Source: Candidatus Eiseniibacteriota bacterium | GTDB lineage: Bacteria; Eisenbacteria; RBG-16-71-46; JABDJR01 | Assembly (NCBI GenBank): GCA_963783375.1 | Contig: CAWANH010000028.1 | Location: 384,001 to 448,000, forward strand | DNA: 64,000 nucleotides | Direction of reading: 5' to 3' | In this document: in pieces, positions 53,249 to 64,000 of the stretch | Position numbering within the stretch: position 1 is the first letter of the stretch | How the letters are laid out: every line of letters begins with the position of its first letter | Translations under genes and position numbers: made by a program | Notes under the pieces: model-generated | What the model was told of the DNA's origin: nothing | The model's database searches: none | The model's input: only the letters and a program-made list of their open reading frames with translations

Positions 53249-54259
53249 TCAACCGACGAAGGAGGAGGTCCGGCCGGTCTCGATCAGGTGATCCACCTCT
53301 TCCTGGGTCAGACCGAAGTTCTCGATGGCCAGGAGGTATTCCGCGGTGAGGGTGGTCGCGGAGACGGTGGGATTGTCGGTGGCCAGGGTGACCGGAATCC
53401 CGGCTTCGAGAAACCGGCGGATGGGATGATGATCGATCCGCTCCACCGCTCCGGTCTGGAGGTTGGAGGAGATGCACACCTCCAGGGTCACGCGATCGGC
53501 GGCCAGGCGCCTCATGAGTTCCTTGTCCTCCACGGCGGAGGTGCCGTGGCCCACCCGCTCGACCCCCAGATCGTCCACCGCCGACCAGACGTTTCGGGGA
53601 CCGGAGTCCTCCCCGGCGTGAGCGGTGAGCCGGAGGCCCATCTGGGCAGCGAGGGCATAGGCCTCCTTGAAGAGCACGGGCGGAAAGGGGCGCTCGGCCC
53701 CCGCGATGTCGAACCCCACCACGCCGGGGCTCTGGTGGTACGCGGCCAACTCTCCCACGACCTCGCGGAGAAGGATCTTGGCCATGTTCCCGCCGTGGCC
53801 TCGGATGGCGATCACCGTGATCCCCAACTCGAGGTCGGGGTATTCGACCAGCGAGTCCTTCATCCCCGCCCGAACCGCGTTCAGGACCTGGCGCGAGGTG
53901 AGGCCGGCCCGGCGGTGGATGATGGGATTGATCCGGAGTTCGAGGGCCCGGACGCCGTCCCGGTAGGCGTCCTCGCAGATCTCGAAGGTGATGGTGCGGA
54001 TGTTGTCGTAGAACTGGGTGTACTGGAGGGGGATGTGGAACTTGTCGAGGTAGTCGAGGAGGCTGCGGTCGTGCGCCTTGTCCCACGAGAGCATCCGCTC
54101 GAAGCCCTCGAAGTCCATGCCCGGGATGGCCGAGTAGTACTTCTGGGAGAGGTTCCAGAGGGTGGTCGGGCGGACCGCGCCGTCGAAGTGGCGGTGGATC
54201 TCCGCCAGGCCTTTGGTCCTCAGGTACTCGATCTTCTCGTCGCGGGTCCAGTCCTTCAA
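53249..54259 (-). CDS. add: Adenosine deaminase
   Basis: EIHRHFDG, GFDIAGAE, TAHAGE, RVGHG, EVCISSN, TDNP. Confidence 0.92.
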   Translation of the reverse strand: MKDWTRDEKIEYLRTKGLAEIHRHFDGAVRPTTLWNLSQKYYSAIPGMDFEGFERMLSWDKAHDRSLLDYLDKFHIPLQYTQFYDNIRTITFEICEDAYRDGVRALELRINPIIHRRAGLTSRQVLNAVRAGMKDSLVEYPDLELGITVIAIRGHGGNMAKILLREVVGELAAYHQSPGVVGFDIAGAERPFPPVLFKEAYALAAQMGLRLTAHAGEDSGPRNVWSAVDDLGVERVGHGTSAVEDKELMRRLAADRVTLEVCISSNLQTGAVERIDHHPIRRFLEAGIPVTLATDNPTVSATTLTAEYLLAIENFGLTQEEVDHLIETGRTSSFVG

Positions 54260-54412
54260 GGGGTCCTCCTCCCGGCCCGGGGGTGGCGGGCGCCGCTTGC
54301 GCCCGGAAACCGATTCGGGGCCTTGGATTTGGGGAGGGAGTCTAGCACGGCCACGACCAGGCCGGTCAGCCGGCCTGGGGGGGCCGTCCCGCTACCCGGT
54401 GGACCCCGATCG

Positions 54413-55770
54413 CTACTCGACCTCGGAATTTCCCGGCGCCAGCGCAACCGCGCGCTTGGGCATGGCCCGCCAGATGCGGGTCATGATGAGCGCTCCCAGG
54501 ATAGAGAACGGGATGATCGAGAACACCCAGACCGGAGCGTTGGTGGCGACATGGCCCGCGGTCGCGGCCCCGCCGTCCCATCCGAAGCGGTCCAGGATCC
54601 ACCCCAAGCCGAACCCGGTGAGGCCGGCGGCGACGTACTGGACGCCGTCCAGCATCCCCGCCGCGGTGGCCGCCGCCTTCGTGCCCCCGAAGTCCATGGA
54701 GGCGGTTCCCGAGAGCATGCCGTGGACTCCGAAGATCCACATGCACGAGAAGCCGATCAGGAAGGTGGCCATGAGCCCCGAGTGGGTGAACCCGAGGGCG
54801 GTGAGCGAGAGGGCCTGGCCGATATAGAAGATGAAGGCCACCGGCGGCCGTCGTGACTGGAATAGCTTGTCGGACATCCATCCGCAGAGGAGACCCCCGA
54901 CGATTCCCCCGATCGTCACCCCCGTCCCCGTCCACCAGTACTGGGTGGATCCCGGGGCGATGTGGTGGACCTCCTTGAGGAACTCGGTGAAGTAGAGGAG
55001 GAGCCCCTGCCTCACGAACCCGGTGCAGAACTCCGCCGCGGCCAGGGTGAGGAGGATGGGGTTTCCGAACACCTTCTTCGCGATGTATCCCAGGTTGACC
55101 GGCGAATTGTCGCCGGCGGAGGCGTCTCCGGTGTCGAAGTCCGGGTGGCCGGCCTGCGAGGGCCGGTCCTTCACGATGAAGATGTCGATCACGAACATCG
55201 TGAAGATGGCGATCGACGGCACGATGAACACCATCTTCCAGCCCAGATGGGCCAGGATCCAGCCGCCGATGGCCAGGGCCAGGAAGTAGCCGCTGGAGAT
55301 CATGATCCCGAAGATGCCGCCGAAGACCCCCCGCTCCCGTACGTGGAACCAGGCGGAGTTCACTTTCACGATGGAGAGCGCGCCGAAGCTCTGGAAGAAC
55401 ATGTTGAGGGAGTAGAGGAGCGACATCGAGACGATGAGCTTGGTCATCATGTCGCCCAGGAACAGGAGTCCCATGGTGAGGTTGAGGAGCGCGGCCCCCG
55501 CCGCCCCGATGAGAATCGCCTTCCGCCCTCCGATCCGGTCGGCCAGGGGGCCGATGAAGATCACGCTGAGGGCGTAGGTCCAGAACCCGGCGGTGGCGAT
55601 GGCTCCCATCTGGGCCTTGTCCAGATGGTAGACATCGCCCATGGTGCCCTTGACCACGTTGAAGTTGTAGCGCCCCATGTAGAACGTGGCGTAGGTGATG
55701 CCCAGGGGAAACCAGTTGGCGATGCGGCGGACTCGGAAGGCACTCGAATGGGGGGAGTTTCGTCGGCCAA
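54413..55770 (-). CDS. MFS transporter (GlpT/UhpT/OPA-like); likely start TTG 55770 with a missing C in the run at 55750-55755
   Basis: YMGRYNF, GPLADRIGGRKA, WFHVRERG, GWMSDKLF; 12-TM pattern. Confidence 0.85.
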
Positions 55771-56009
55771 GCGGACCTCCTGTTCGTCGGTGCGGGCCGC
55801 AGTATACGCAAGGGGGCATCCCCGGACGAGTACGGAATGCCCTCCTCACGGGAAACTAACGAGACCCAGCCCACCGACTCCGCCGACCCCCGGACGGGAA
55901 CACCGGAACCGGTTCCGGGTCAACCCGTTAGCCCGGTCGTGCGCGGGCCGCGGGTCGGGTGGTGATTCGGCGGCGGCGCGCCGGGGACTCCCTCTCCGGC
56001 CCGGCGCCA

Positions 56010-57134
56010 TCATCGCCGGCCGCCGCTCACCACCATCAGGGTGAGGTCATCGTCAAGATCGCCCTTGGGGACGAACTTGCGAACCGCCCCGGTGATGCGA
56101 TCGGCGAGCCCGGGGCCGTCCAGGCGGCGGCCCGCCTCCACCAGCGAGAGGAGGCGTTCCCGACCGAACTCCTCATGCCCGCGGTGGGCCTCGAGCAGGC
56201 CGTCGGTGACCAGGACCAGGCGGTCCCCGGCCGCCCAGGGGAGCCTCGCGGAGGACCACGAAGCGTCGTCGAAGAGGGCGCTCACCATGGGCCCGGTGGA
56301 ATCGAGCGGCGCGGTCCTTCCGTCCGGGGTCTGGCGCACACCCTCCGGATGCCCGGCGTTCACGTACTCCAGCGTTCCTTCGCCCGGGGTCACCCGCGCG
56401 CAGAGCAGGGTGGCGAACAGCGCGGGGGGGAAGCCCTGGAACCCGGCCCGCACCCGACGGACCACGGCCAGCGGATCATATCCCTCGGCGTGGGAAGCGC
56501 CGAAAGCCGCCTTCACGATCCCGGTGAGGAGGGCGGCGGACACCCCGTGACCCACCACGTCGGCGACCAGGAACGAGGCCCCGCCTCCCGCGGCCGCGTA
56601 GTCGTAGAGATCCCCGGCCACCGGATCGTGGGGAAGGAGCCGCGCCGCCACCCGGAGCCCGGCCGCCCCCGCGTCTCCCGGCGGGAGGAGGCTCCGCTGG
56701 AACCGCGCCGCCTCCTCGAGTTCCCGGGTCAGGTCCCTGAGGCGCCGGCGCTTGTCCTCCTCCAGCACGCGGATCTCGTTGCACCGCTCGACCAGGGTCA
56801 GGAGCACCTCCCGGTCGAAGGGTTTCTGGATGAAGTAGAACGCCTTTTCCCGCACCGACCGCACCAGGTCCCGGTCCAGATCGTAGACGCTTCCCGTCAT
56901 CAGGATGACCTGGAGGTGCGGCATGCGTTCCTTCAACCGCTTGAGCAGGGTGAAGCCGTCCACTTCCGGCATGCGGAGATCCAGGATCGCCATGTGCGGG
57001 CGGAAGCTCGAGGCCTCGGATTCCGCGCGCGCGGAGTCGCGGAGCGCGCGCACCTCGTAGTCGGCGGCGAGGACCGACTCCACCGCGAGAAGCATTTCGG
57101 GATCGTCGTCCACGATCAGGATCCGGGGCTTCAT
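56010..57134 (-). CDS. Response regulator receiver plus PP2C/SpoIIE phosphatase (RsbU/RssB-like)
   Basis: ILIVDDD, LDLRMP, QKPF; GDLYD, ADVVGHG, NAGHP, TDGL, DDLT. Confidence 0.92.
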   Translation of the reverse strand: MKPRILIVDDDPEMLLAVESVLAADYEVRALRDSARAESEASSFRPHMAILDLRMPEVDGFTLLKRLKERMPHLQVILMTGSVYDLDRDLVRSVREKAFYFIQKPFDREVLLTLVERCNEIRVLEEDKRRRLRDLTRELEEAARFQRSLLPPGDAGAAGLRVAARLLPHDPVAGDLYDYAAAGGGASFLVADVVGHGVSAALLTGIVKAAFGASHAEGYDPLAVVRRVRAGFQGFPPALFATLLCARVTPGEGTLEYVNAGHPEGVRQTPDGRTAPLDSTGPMVSALFDDASWSSARLPWAAGDRLVLVTDGLLEAHRGHEEFGRERLLSLVEAGRRLDGPGLADRITGAVRKFVPKGDLDDDLTLMVVSGGRR

Positions 57135-58808
57135 GACCCGTCCCCCGGCGCCGCCGAGACCACGGGAATCCACATCGCCACCCGGGTCCCCTCGCCCTCG
57201 CGGCTCCGGATGCGGAGGCGCCCCCCCACGTCGGCGAGAATGGCCTGGCAGATCGAGAGTCCTAGCCCGGTGCCCGAGGTCTTGGTGGTGAAGAAGGGCT
57301 CACCCACCCGGTTCAGGTTGTCCTCCGAGATCCCCGAACCGGTGTCGGTGACCTCCACCGTCACCTCGCCGTCCTTCAGGACCCCGGAGATCTCCATCCC
57401 GCCGCCGCTCGGCATGGCGTCCTTGGCGTTTCCGATCAGGTTCAGGAAGAGCGAGGCGAGATCGTTCTGGCCGCAGCGCACCGCGGGGAGATCGGCGGGA
57501 AGCCGGACCTCGATGACGATCTGCCGCTTCTGGAGGGCCTCGGAGTAGATCCCGAGCGCGCTTTCCACCGCCCGGCGGAGGTTTCCGTGGCCCACCGCCC
57601 GCCGGCCGGAGCCCCTGGCCACGGTGAGCATGCCGTCGAAGATCCGCGGCAGGTCTGCACCGCCTTCTCGCTGCTCCGAAGCCGCTCCGCCAGCGGCGCG
57701 GGCTCGGCGGTTCCCGCCTCGACGTCCGCCTGCATCTGCTGGATGGTCAGGAGCACCGCCCCCAACGCGTTGTTCACGTCGTGGGCGATCCCGCGGGCCA
57801 CGTTCACGATGGTCTGGCGGCGCTGGGCGTCCCGGATCCGCTCGTGATAGGTCTCGCGCTGCACCGAGTACTGGACGGCCAGGGAAACCTGGGGAACGAA
57901 GGCGTCCACCAACCGGGCCTCGTAGGTTCCGAAGGCGCCCGGAGCGAGGCCGGCCACGCGCAATACCGCCACCGTGTCCTCCGGGTGCGGAAGGGGGCGC
58001 AGATCAGGGACCCTTCGGGGGGGATACCTCCGGCGGGGTCGGGGCCGGGGTTCGTCTCGATGGTCTTCGGATCGAACCCCGAGGCCTCGGCGGAGGTCCA
58101 CACCCCGTTCCGGCGATCAAAGAGATGAACATCGCCGTTCCGCCCCGCGGGAATCAGGTTCGCGGGGAGGGGTCGCCGGGTGCCGATCCGGGTGCTCTTT
58201 CCCTTGGTCCACGCGATCTGCTCGGCCACCAGCTCCAGCTCCGTCGCCCCCGGCCGGGCCAGGAGCAACGACGAGGAGTGGTCGTAGCGGATGAGGGAAC
58301 GCAGCCCGTGGAGGATCGTGTACAGGAGGTCCTTGGGCTCGTATTGCTCCATGAGCTTCCGGTCGATCCGCTCCCGCACCTCGTGCACCCGGCGCTCGTC
58401 GGATTCGCCCACGATGTCGGAGACCGCGGAGGCGATGGCCCGCACCGCCTGCCGGCAGTGGCGGACCGGTGACAGCGTCGGGCTCCGAAGGCTCAGGAGG
58501 CCCCAGGGGCGCTCTTTCCGGGTGACGATCCCGATGAACACGTTGGAGGGGATTCCGCGGGGGCCGTGGCGGAGGCACTTCGCCAGCATCTCCACGTCCC
58601 ACGTTCCGGAGGACGGCGCGCGAAAGAGGATCTCGGGAAAGTCCCGTCCCGGCGCGAGCACCGCGAAGCAGCCGTCCTCGCTCCCGGTGAGCTCCATGGC
58701 GGTGCGGAGCGCGTACCGGCCGGCGGCGGGCGGGTCCCGGAGCCCGGAGAGGAGCTTCCGCAGGGAGTCGACGGTGCTCCAAAGGCCCAGCTTGAGATCG
58801 GATTTCAT
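57131..58808 (-). CDS. GAF-domain sensor histidine kinase, with two frameshifts (~57984, ~57646) that are probably sequencing errors
   Basis: GAF-like segments; H-box GIAHDVNNAL; NLIGNA, DTGSGI, PFFTTK, GTGLGL spread over three frames. Confidence 0.8.
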
Positions 58809-59077
58809 GGGTGTCGCTCGACTCCGGGGGTTTCGATCGCGGTCCGGGTCCGTCCTTCCGGACCGGCGGACGGCCGCCGCGGGGATCCGGCCGGCGGGAA
58901 CCGGGGGCCGGGACCGGGTCCCATCCTCTTGCCGGCGCCTACTCTAGCAGAGCCGGCCGGCCGGCGGAGCGAACCGCCGTGGGGGCGAAGCCGGTTTCCA
59001 TGATTGCGATTCACAAGCTCAACCCATAGAATTCCGTCCACCCCTTTGCCCCCATTTCATGCGGGGATCCTGACTCC

Positions 59078-60270
59078 ATGAGACGAATCGTCCTGATCCT
59101 GACCGTTTCGGTCTTCGTTCTCCTGTTGGGGTGGCGCCTGGTCGACCACCTCCGTTCCTCCGGGGGGGATTCCCAGGGGCGCTCGGGCCGGCCCGCGGTC
59201 GCGGTCACCGTGGCCGAGGTCTCGGTGGGGCCGATCCAGGACGTCCGGCTCTTCACCGGCACCGTGTTCCCCCAGTACCGATACCTCGTGGCCACCAAGG
59301 TGCCCGGCCGGGTGGTGGCGCTCGGAAAGCGGATCGGCGACCGCGTGCGGGCGGGCGAGGAGATCGCGCGGCTCGACGACGCCGAGTACCGCCAGGCCGA
59401 GGCCGAGGCCCAGGCCAACCTGGACATCGCCAAGGCCGGCCTGGAAGAGGCCCGGGCGTCCCTGGCCCTGGCCGGGAAGGAGATCGCCCGGACGCGGTCG
59501 CTCCGGGAACGCGATCTCATCTCCGACGCCGACGTGGACAACGCCAGCTCCCGCTTCGACGCCCAGAAGGCGCGCACCCAGCTCGCCGAGGCCCAGGTGA
59601 GCCAGCGCGAGGCCGCCCTGGAGGCCTCCCGGATCCGCTGGGCTACACCCGGCTCAAGGCCGCGGAACCGGGGTACGTGGGCGAACGCCTGGTGGACGAG
59701 GGGGCGCTCCTCCCGGTGAACGCGGCGGTGGTTTCCGTGGTCGGCCTGGACACGGTGTTCGTCCGGGTCTCGGTGATCGAGCGGGACTACGGTTCCATCC
59801 GGCCCGGCCAGACCGCCGAGGTGGAGGTGGACGCCTTCCCCGGCCGGCGCTTCTCCGGCCGCGTGACCCGGCTGGCGCCGGTCCTGAAGGAGGAGTCGCG
59901 GGTGGCCGAGATGGAGGTCGTGGTGCCGAACCTCGGCCACGAGCTCAAGCCCGGCATGTTCTCCCGGGTCCGGGTGGTGATCTCCTCGGAGACCGAGGCC
60001 CGGTCCGTGCCGGCGGCGGCGGTGGTCCGGCGGGACGACCACGACGCGGTGTACATGGCCGACGAGGCCGAGGGGGTGGCGCGTTACGTGCCGGTCACCC
60101 TGGGCATTCACGCCGGGTCCCGGGTGCAGATCCTGGAGCCGAACCTCGAGGGTCGGGTGATCACCCTGGGCCAGCACCTCCTGGAGGATGGGAGCCCCAT
60201 CCTCCTCACCGCGTCCCACGGGCCGGCCTCGGACACCACCCGGGCGCCCGGCGCCGGTGACGCGCCGTGA
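59078..60270 (+). CDS. RND efflux periplasmic adaptor (MFP), frameshift ~59638
   Basis: GDRVRAGE, coiled-coil hairpin, DAFPGRRF, LKPGMF. Confidence 0.88.
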
Positions 60271-63200
60271 GCCTCGCCCGGGGGCCCATCCAGCGCCCGA
60301 TCCTGACCACCATGATCTATCTCATCGTGATCACGGTGGGGTTGGTCTCGTTCTTCCGCCTCTCCATCGATCTCATGCCCGAGATCACCTTCCCCACCAT
60401 CAGCATCCGCGCCCAGTACGGGAACGTGGGGCCGGAGGAGATGGAGGACCTGGTCACCCGGCCCATCGAGGAGGCGGTGGCCGCGGTCCAGGGGGTCGAG
60501 GAGATCAACTCGGTCTCCACCGAGGGGAACAGCTCGGTCCGGGTCTCGTTCGATTGGGGAGCCGATCTGGACGTGGCCGCCAACGACATCCGCGACCGCA
60601 TCGACCGGATCACCGGCCGCCTCCCCGAGGACATGGACCGCCCCACCATCCGGAAGTTCGATCTCTCCGCCTTCCCGGTCATGATCCTCGGGGTGTCGAG
60701 CGACGTGAACCCCCTCGATCTCCGGCAGATCGTGGACGACCAGGTGAAGTACCGCCTGGAGCGGGTGGCCGGGGTGGCCGCGGTGGACATCTGGGGCGGT
60801 CTGACCCGGGAGATCCACGTCGACCTGGACGCCGACCAGGTGAAGTCCCTGGGGCTCTCCACCTCGGACGTCCTGGACGCCCTGAACCGGGAGAACCAGA
60901 ACATCCCCGCCGGCACCGTCCAGACCGGGAACCTCGACGTTCTCATCCGGACCCAGGGCGAGTACCTGAGCCTGGACGAGATCCGGAACACCGTGGTGGC
61001 CATCCGTGAAGGCTCGCCCATCCGCATCTCCGATTTCGCCCGGGTCGAGGATTCCTGGGAGGAGGTCACCCGCCGGGTGCGGGTCAACGGCAAGCCCAGC
61101 CTTCGGCTCTCCATCAACAAGCAGTCCGGCGCCAATACGGTGGAGGTGGCCCAGGCGGTGAAGGCGGAGATGGCCCGGATCAACCGGGACATTCCCCAGA
61201 TCCAGCTCCTCCCCCTGATCGACACCTCCACCTACATCGAGAACTCGATCCGGAACGTGGGGCGGGCCACCGCGGTGGGCGGCATCCTGGCCGTGGTGAT
61301 CCTCCTCCTGTTCCTTCGCAACGTCTCCAGCACGGTGATCATCGCGACCGCCATTCCGGTCTCGATCATCGCCACCTTCGGACTGATCTACTTCGGCGGG
61401 TTCACCCTGAACCTGATGACCTTCGGGGGCCTGGCCCTGGGGATCGGCATGCTCGTGGACAGCGCCATCGTGGTCCTGGAGAACATCTATCGATTGCGGG
61501 AGAGCGGGCTCTCCCCCCGGGACGCCGCGCTCCAGGGGACCGAGGAGGTGGGAAGCGCCATCGTGGCCAGCACGTTGACCACGGTGGTGGTGTTCCTCCG
61601 GTGGTGTTCATGCGGGGGATCTCGGGGATCTACTTCCAGCAGCTCGCCTTCGTGGTGGCGTTCTCTCTCCTCTGCAGCCTGGTGGTGGCGCTGACCCTGG
61701 TGCCGATGTTGAGCGCGCGGTTCCTCCGGTTCCGGGGAGCGGTGGCGGGCGGATCCCGCCGCGGCCCGGGCCGGGTCTACGACGCCAGCGAGGCCGCGTT
61801 CAAGGCGGTGGAGCAGGGTTACGGCCGGGTATTGCGGCGGGCCCTTCGTCACCGCCGCATGGTGATCCTCTCCGCGCTGGCGCTCTTCGTGGGGTCGGTG
61901 TTGCTGCTTCCCACCATCGGGGTGGACTTCATGCCCGCCTCCGACGAGGGCGAGGTGCGAGTGGATCTCGAGATGGCGGTGGGGACGCGCCTGGACGTGA
62001 TGGACCGGATGACCCGCTCGGTGGAGGAGATCGTCCGGGCCCAGGTGCCGGAACTCCAGTCCATCCTGGTGAGCGTGGGAGGCGGGGGATGGCGGGCCTC
62101 CGGCGGACACACCGCCAACATCCGGGCCACCCTGGTTCCCCAATCGGAGCGGCGCCGGAGCAGCGAGGAGATCGCCAACGCGCTCCGTCCCGCGCTCTCG
62201 TCGCTCCCCGGGGTCACCGTCCGCACCCGGGCGGGACAGGGCCTCTGGATCCTCCGGATGGGGCAGGGGGACGGCGACAACCTGAGCCTGGAGATCCGGG
62301 GATACGACCTGGACACCGCCCGGGAGCTGGCCCAGCAGGTACGGGCGGCGGTGGCCGAGGTCCCCGGGGTGAGCGACGCCCGGATCAGCCGGGAGGAGGG
62401 ACGGCCGGAGGAGGTGATCCGGATCGACCGCCAGAAGGCGGCGGACCTGGGGTTGAGCGTGTCGCGGATCGGCGAGGCCCTCCGCACCGCGGTGGGAGGA
62501 ACCTACGCTTCCAACTACCGCGAGGCCGGAAAAGAGTACCGGATCATGGTGCGGCTGAACGAGGACGACCGGCGCGACCTCTCGAACCTGCTCGACCTCA
62601 CCGTGACCAACGACCGGGGCCGTCCGGTGGTGCTCCGGAACGTGCTGGTGTCGGAGCCGCGGACGGGTCCGGTGCGCCTGGAGCGGAAGGACCAGGAGCG
62701 CACGGTGTTCGTCTCCGCCAACTTCACCGGCCGCGACATGGGGTCGGTGGTGGGCGACGTTCGCGAGGCGATCGGCCGGATCCCGGTGCCCAAGGACTTC
62801 TCGGTGATCATCGGCGGCGACTACGAGGAGCAGCAGAAGGCGTTCCGGGAGCTGTTGCTGGGACTGATCCTGGCCCTGGTCCTGGTCTACATGGTCATGG
62901 CCGGCCAGTTCGAGTCCCTGCGCGACCCGTTCGTGGTGCTCTTTTCGGTGCCGATGGCGGTGATCGGGGTCGCGCTGGCCCTGGTCCTGACCGGGATCCC
63001 GTTCAGCCTGAACGCCTACATCGGCTGCATCATGCTGGGCGGAATCATCGTGAACAACGCGATCCTCCTGGTGGACTACACCAACCTGCTCCGGCGCCGC
63101 GACAAGCTCCCCCTCCACGACGCCATCACCGTGGCCGGCTCCCGCCGGCTCCGCCCGATCCTCATGACCACCTTGACCACGGTTCTGGGGCTCCTGCCGT

Positions 63201-63382
63201 TGGCCTTCGGGGCCGGCGAGGGCGGCGAGGCCCAGGCCCCCCTGGCCCGGGTGGTGATCGGCGGCCTCACCACCTCCACCCTGGTCACCCTGGTGCTGAT
63301 CCCGGTGGTCTACTCGCTCTTCGAGGAGGGTTGGCGGGGACGGCGGAGGAAGGCCGCCGAGGACTCGTCCCAGGTGGCATGA
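60267..63382 (+). CDS. RND efflux permease (AcrB/SwrC family), frameshift ~61598
   Basis: [41 protein letters not shown]. Confidence 0.92.
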
Positions 63383-63413
63383 CGGTCCCGGCGGCCCCGT
63401 TCCGAGAAACCCA

Positions 63414-63442
63414 TTGAAGAGGACCGGATCGGTCATTATACT
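63414..63442 (+). promoter_or_regulatory. Sigma70 promoter of the cysK leader
   Basis: TTGAAG(63414)-17 bp-TATACT(63437). Confidence 0.75.
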
Positions 63443-63477
63443 TTGTGCATCAGCACCCAGACGGGAGAATCCGAACC

Positions 63478-63600
63478 GTGATCCGTCCGACCCACCACAT
63501 CAACTGCTGCTGTTGTTGCCCGCATTGCGGGTCGTGGGCCGGTGCGTCCGCCGGATCGAGTGATCGGACGTCTCGAACGGGAGACCGCTCCCGGACGTAG
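63478..63600 (+). CDS. Polycysteine leader peptide (40 aa) MIRPTHHINCCCCCPHCGSWAGASAGSSDRTSRTGDRSRT
   Basis: GTG start after GGGAG; five tandem Cys codons TGC TGC TGT TGT TGC plus a sixth; lies between the promoter and cysK. Confidence 0.78.
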   Translation: MIRPTHHINCCCCCPHCGSWAGASAGSSDRTSRTGDRSRT

Positions 63601-63625
63601 ACGAAGCGAAACTCCCGAGGAAGCC

Positions 63626-63657
63626 AGGCCCGCGGCGAAAGCCGGCGGGCTTTCTTC
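63626..63657 (+). terminator. Attenuator/terminator hairpin before cysK
   Basis: AGGCCCGC-GGC-GAAA-GCC-G-GCGGGCTT followed by a U-rich tail TTTCTT. Confidence 0.65.
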
Positions 63658-63720
63658 GTACCCCCCGCCGGCCTCGCCCATCCCGACTGCCGTTGCGGCA
63701 GCCCCCAAGGAGAACCAGAC

Positions 63721-64000
63721 ATGGCGAACATCCGACGCAATATCACCGAAGCCGTGGGGCGAACGCCCCTGATCGAGCTCTCCCGTTTCGCCCCCGATGC
63801 CGGCGCGCGCATCCTGGGCAAGGCGGAGTTCATGAACCCCCTGTCCAGCGTGAAGGACCGGATCGGGGTGGCCATGGTCGAGGCGGCCGAGCGCGAGGGC
63901 CGCATCCAACCCGGAACGAACGTCCTGGTCGAACCCACCAGCGGCAACACCGGGATCGCCCTGGCCTTCGTGGCCGCGGCCCGGGGCTATCGCCTCGTCC
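63721..64000 (+). CDS. cysK: Cysteine synthase A (5' part, truncated by window end)
   Basis: Manual translation: [17 protein letters not shown]...[16 protein letters not shown]...[20 protein letters not shown]; RBS AAGGAG. Confidence 0.95.
   Translation, partial: MANIRRNITEAVGRTPLIELSRFAPDAGARILGKAEFMNPLSSVKDRIGVAMVEAAEREGRIQPGTNVLVEPTSGNTGIALAFVAAARGYRLV

Noticed and set aside
63600-63700. Possible c-di-GMP or SAM riboswitch before cysK (GAAA tetraloops)
   Set aside because: Conserved aptamer cores not found; the Cys-rich leader plus terminator explains the structure

Overview
High-GC bacterial chromosomal segment with about 48 genes. I recognised no rRNA, tRNA, CRISPR array or mobile element. 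Three secreted proteins carry FlgD-Ig/T9SS-like C-terminal domains, which suggests an FCB-group lineage such as Ca. Eisenbacteria, Krumholzibacteriota or Latescibacterota (inference). Main content: (1) a split ygfK / carbamate kinase / carbamoyltransferase / ssnA / xanthine-dehydrogenase-family gene set resembling anaerobic purine (urate) catabolism; (2) glycoside hydrolases (GH53, GH13), a class I fumarase and a DUF134-NifX operon; (3) a four-gene operon of PLP enzyme, DUF1611, PP-loop-creatininase fusion and dipeptide epimerase; (4) two signalling loci, an RND pump and the start of cysK. About nine single-base frameshifts look like long-read indel errors. Best unannotated signals: (a) a 30-aa peptide gene with three GAWEW(L/I) repeats, preceded by a sigma54-type promoter and an upstream palindrome, directly behind a multi-TM histidine-kinase-like protein that lacks its phospho-His; (b) a polycysteine leader peptide and attenuator upstream of cysK; (c) a UxxC selenoprotein lipoprotein with a SECIS-like hairpin that the ORF track splits in two; (d) a palindromic operator over the DUF134 promoter.
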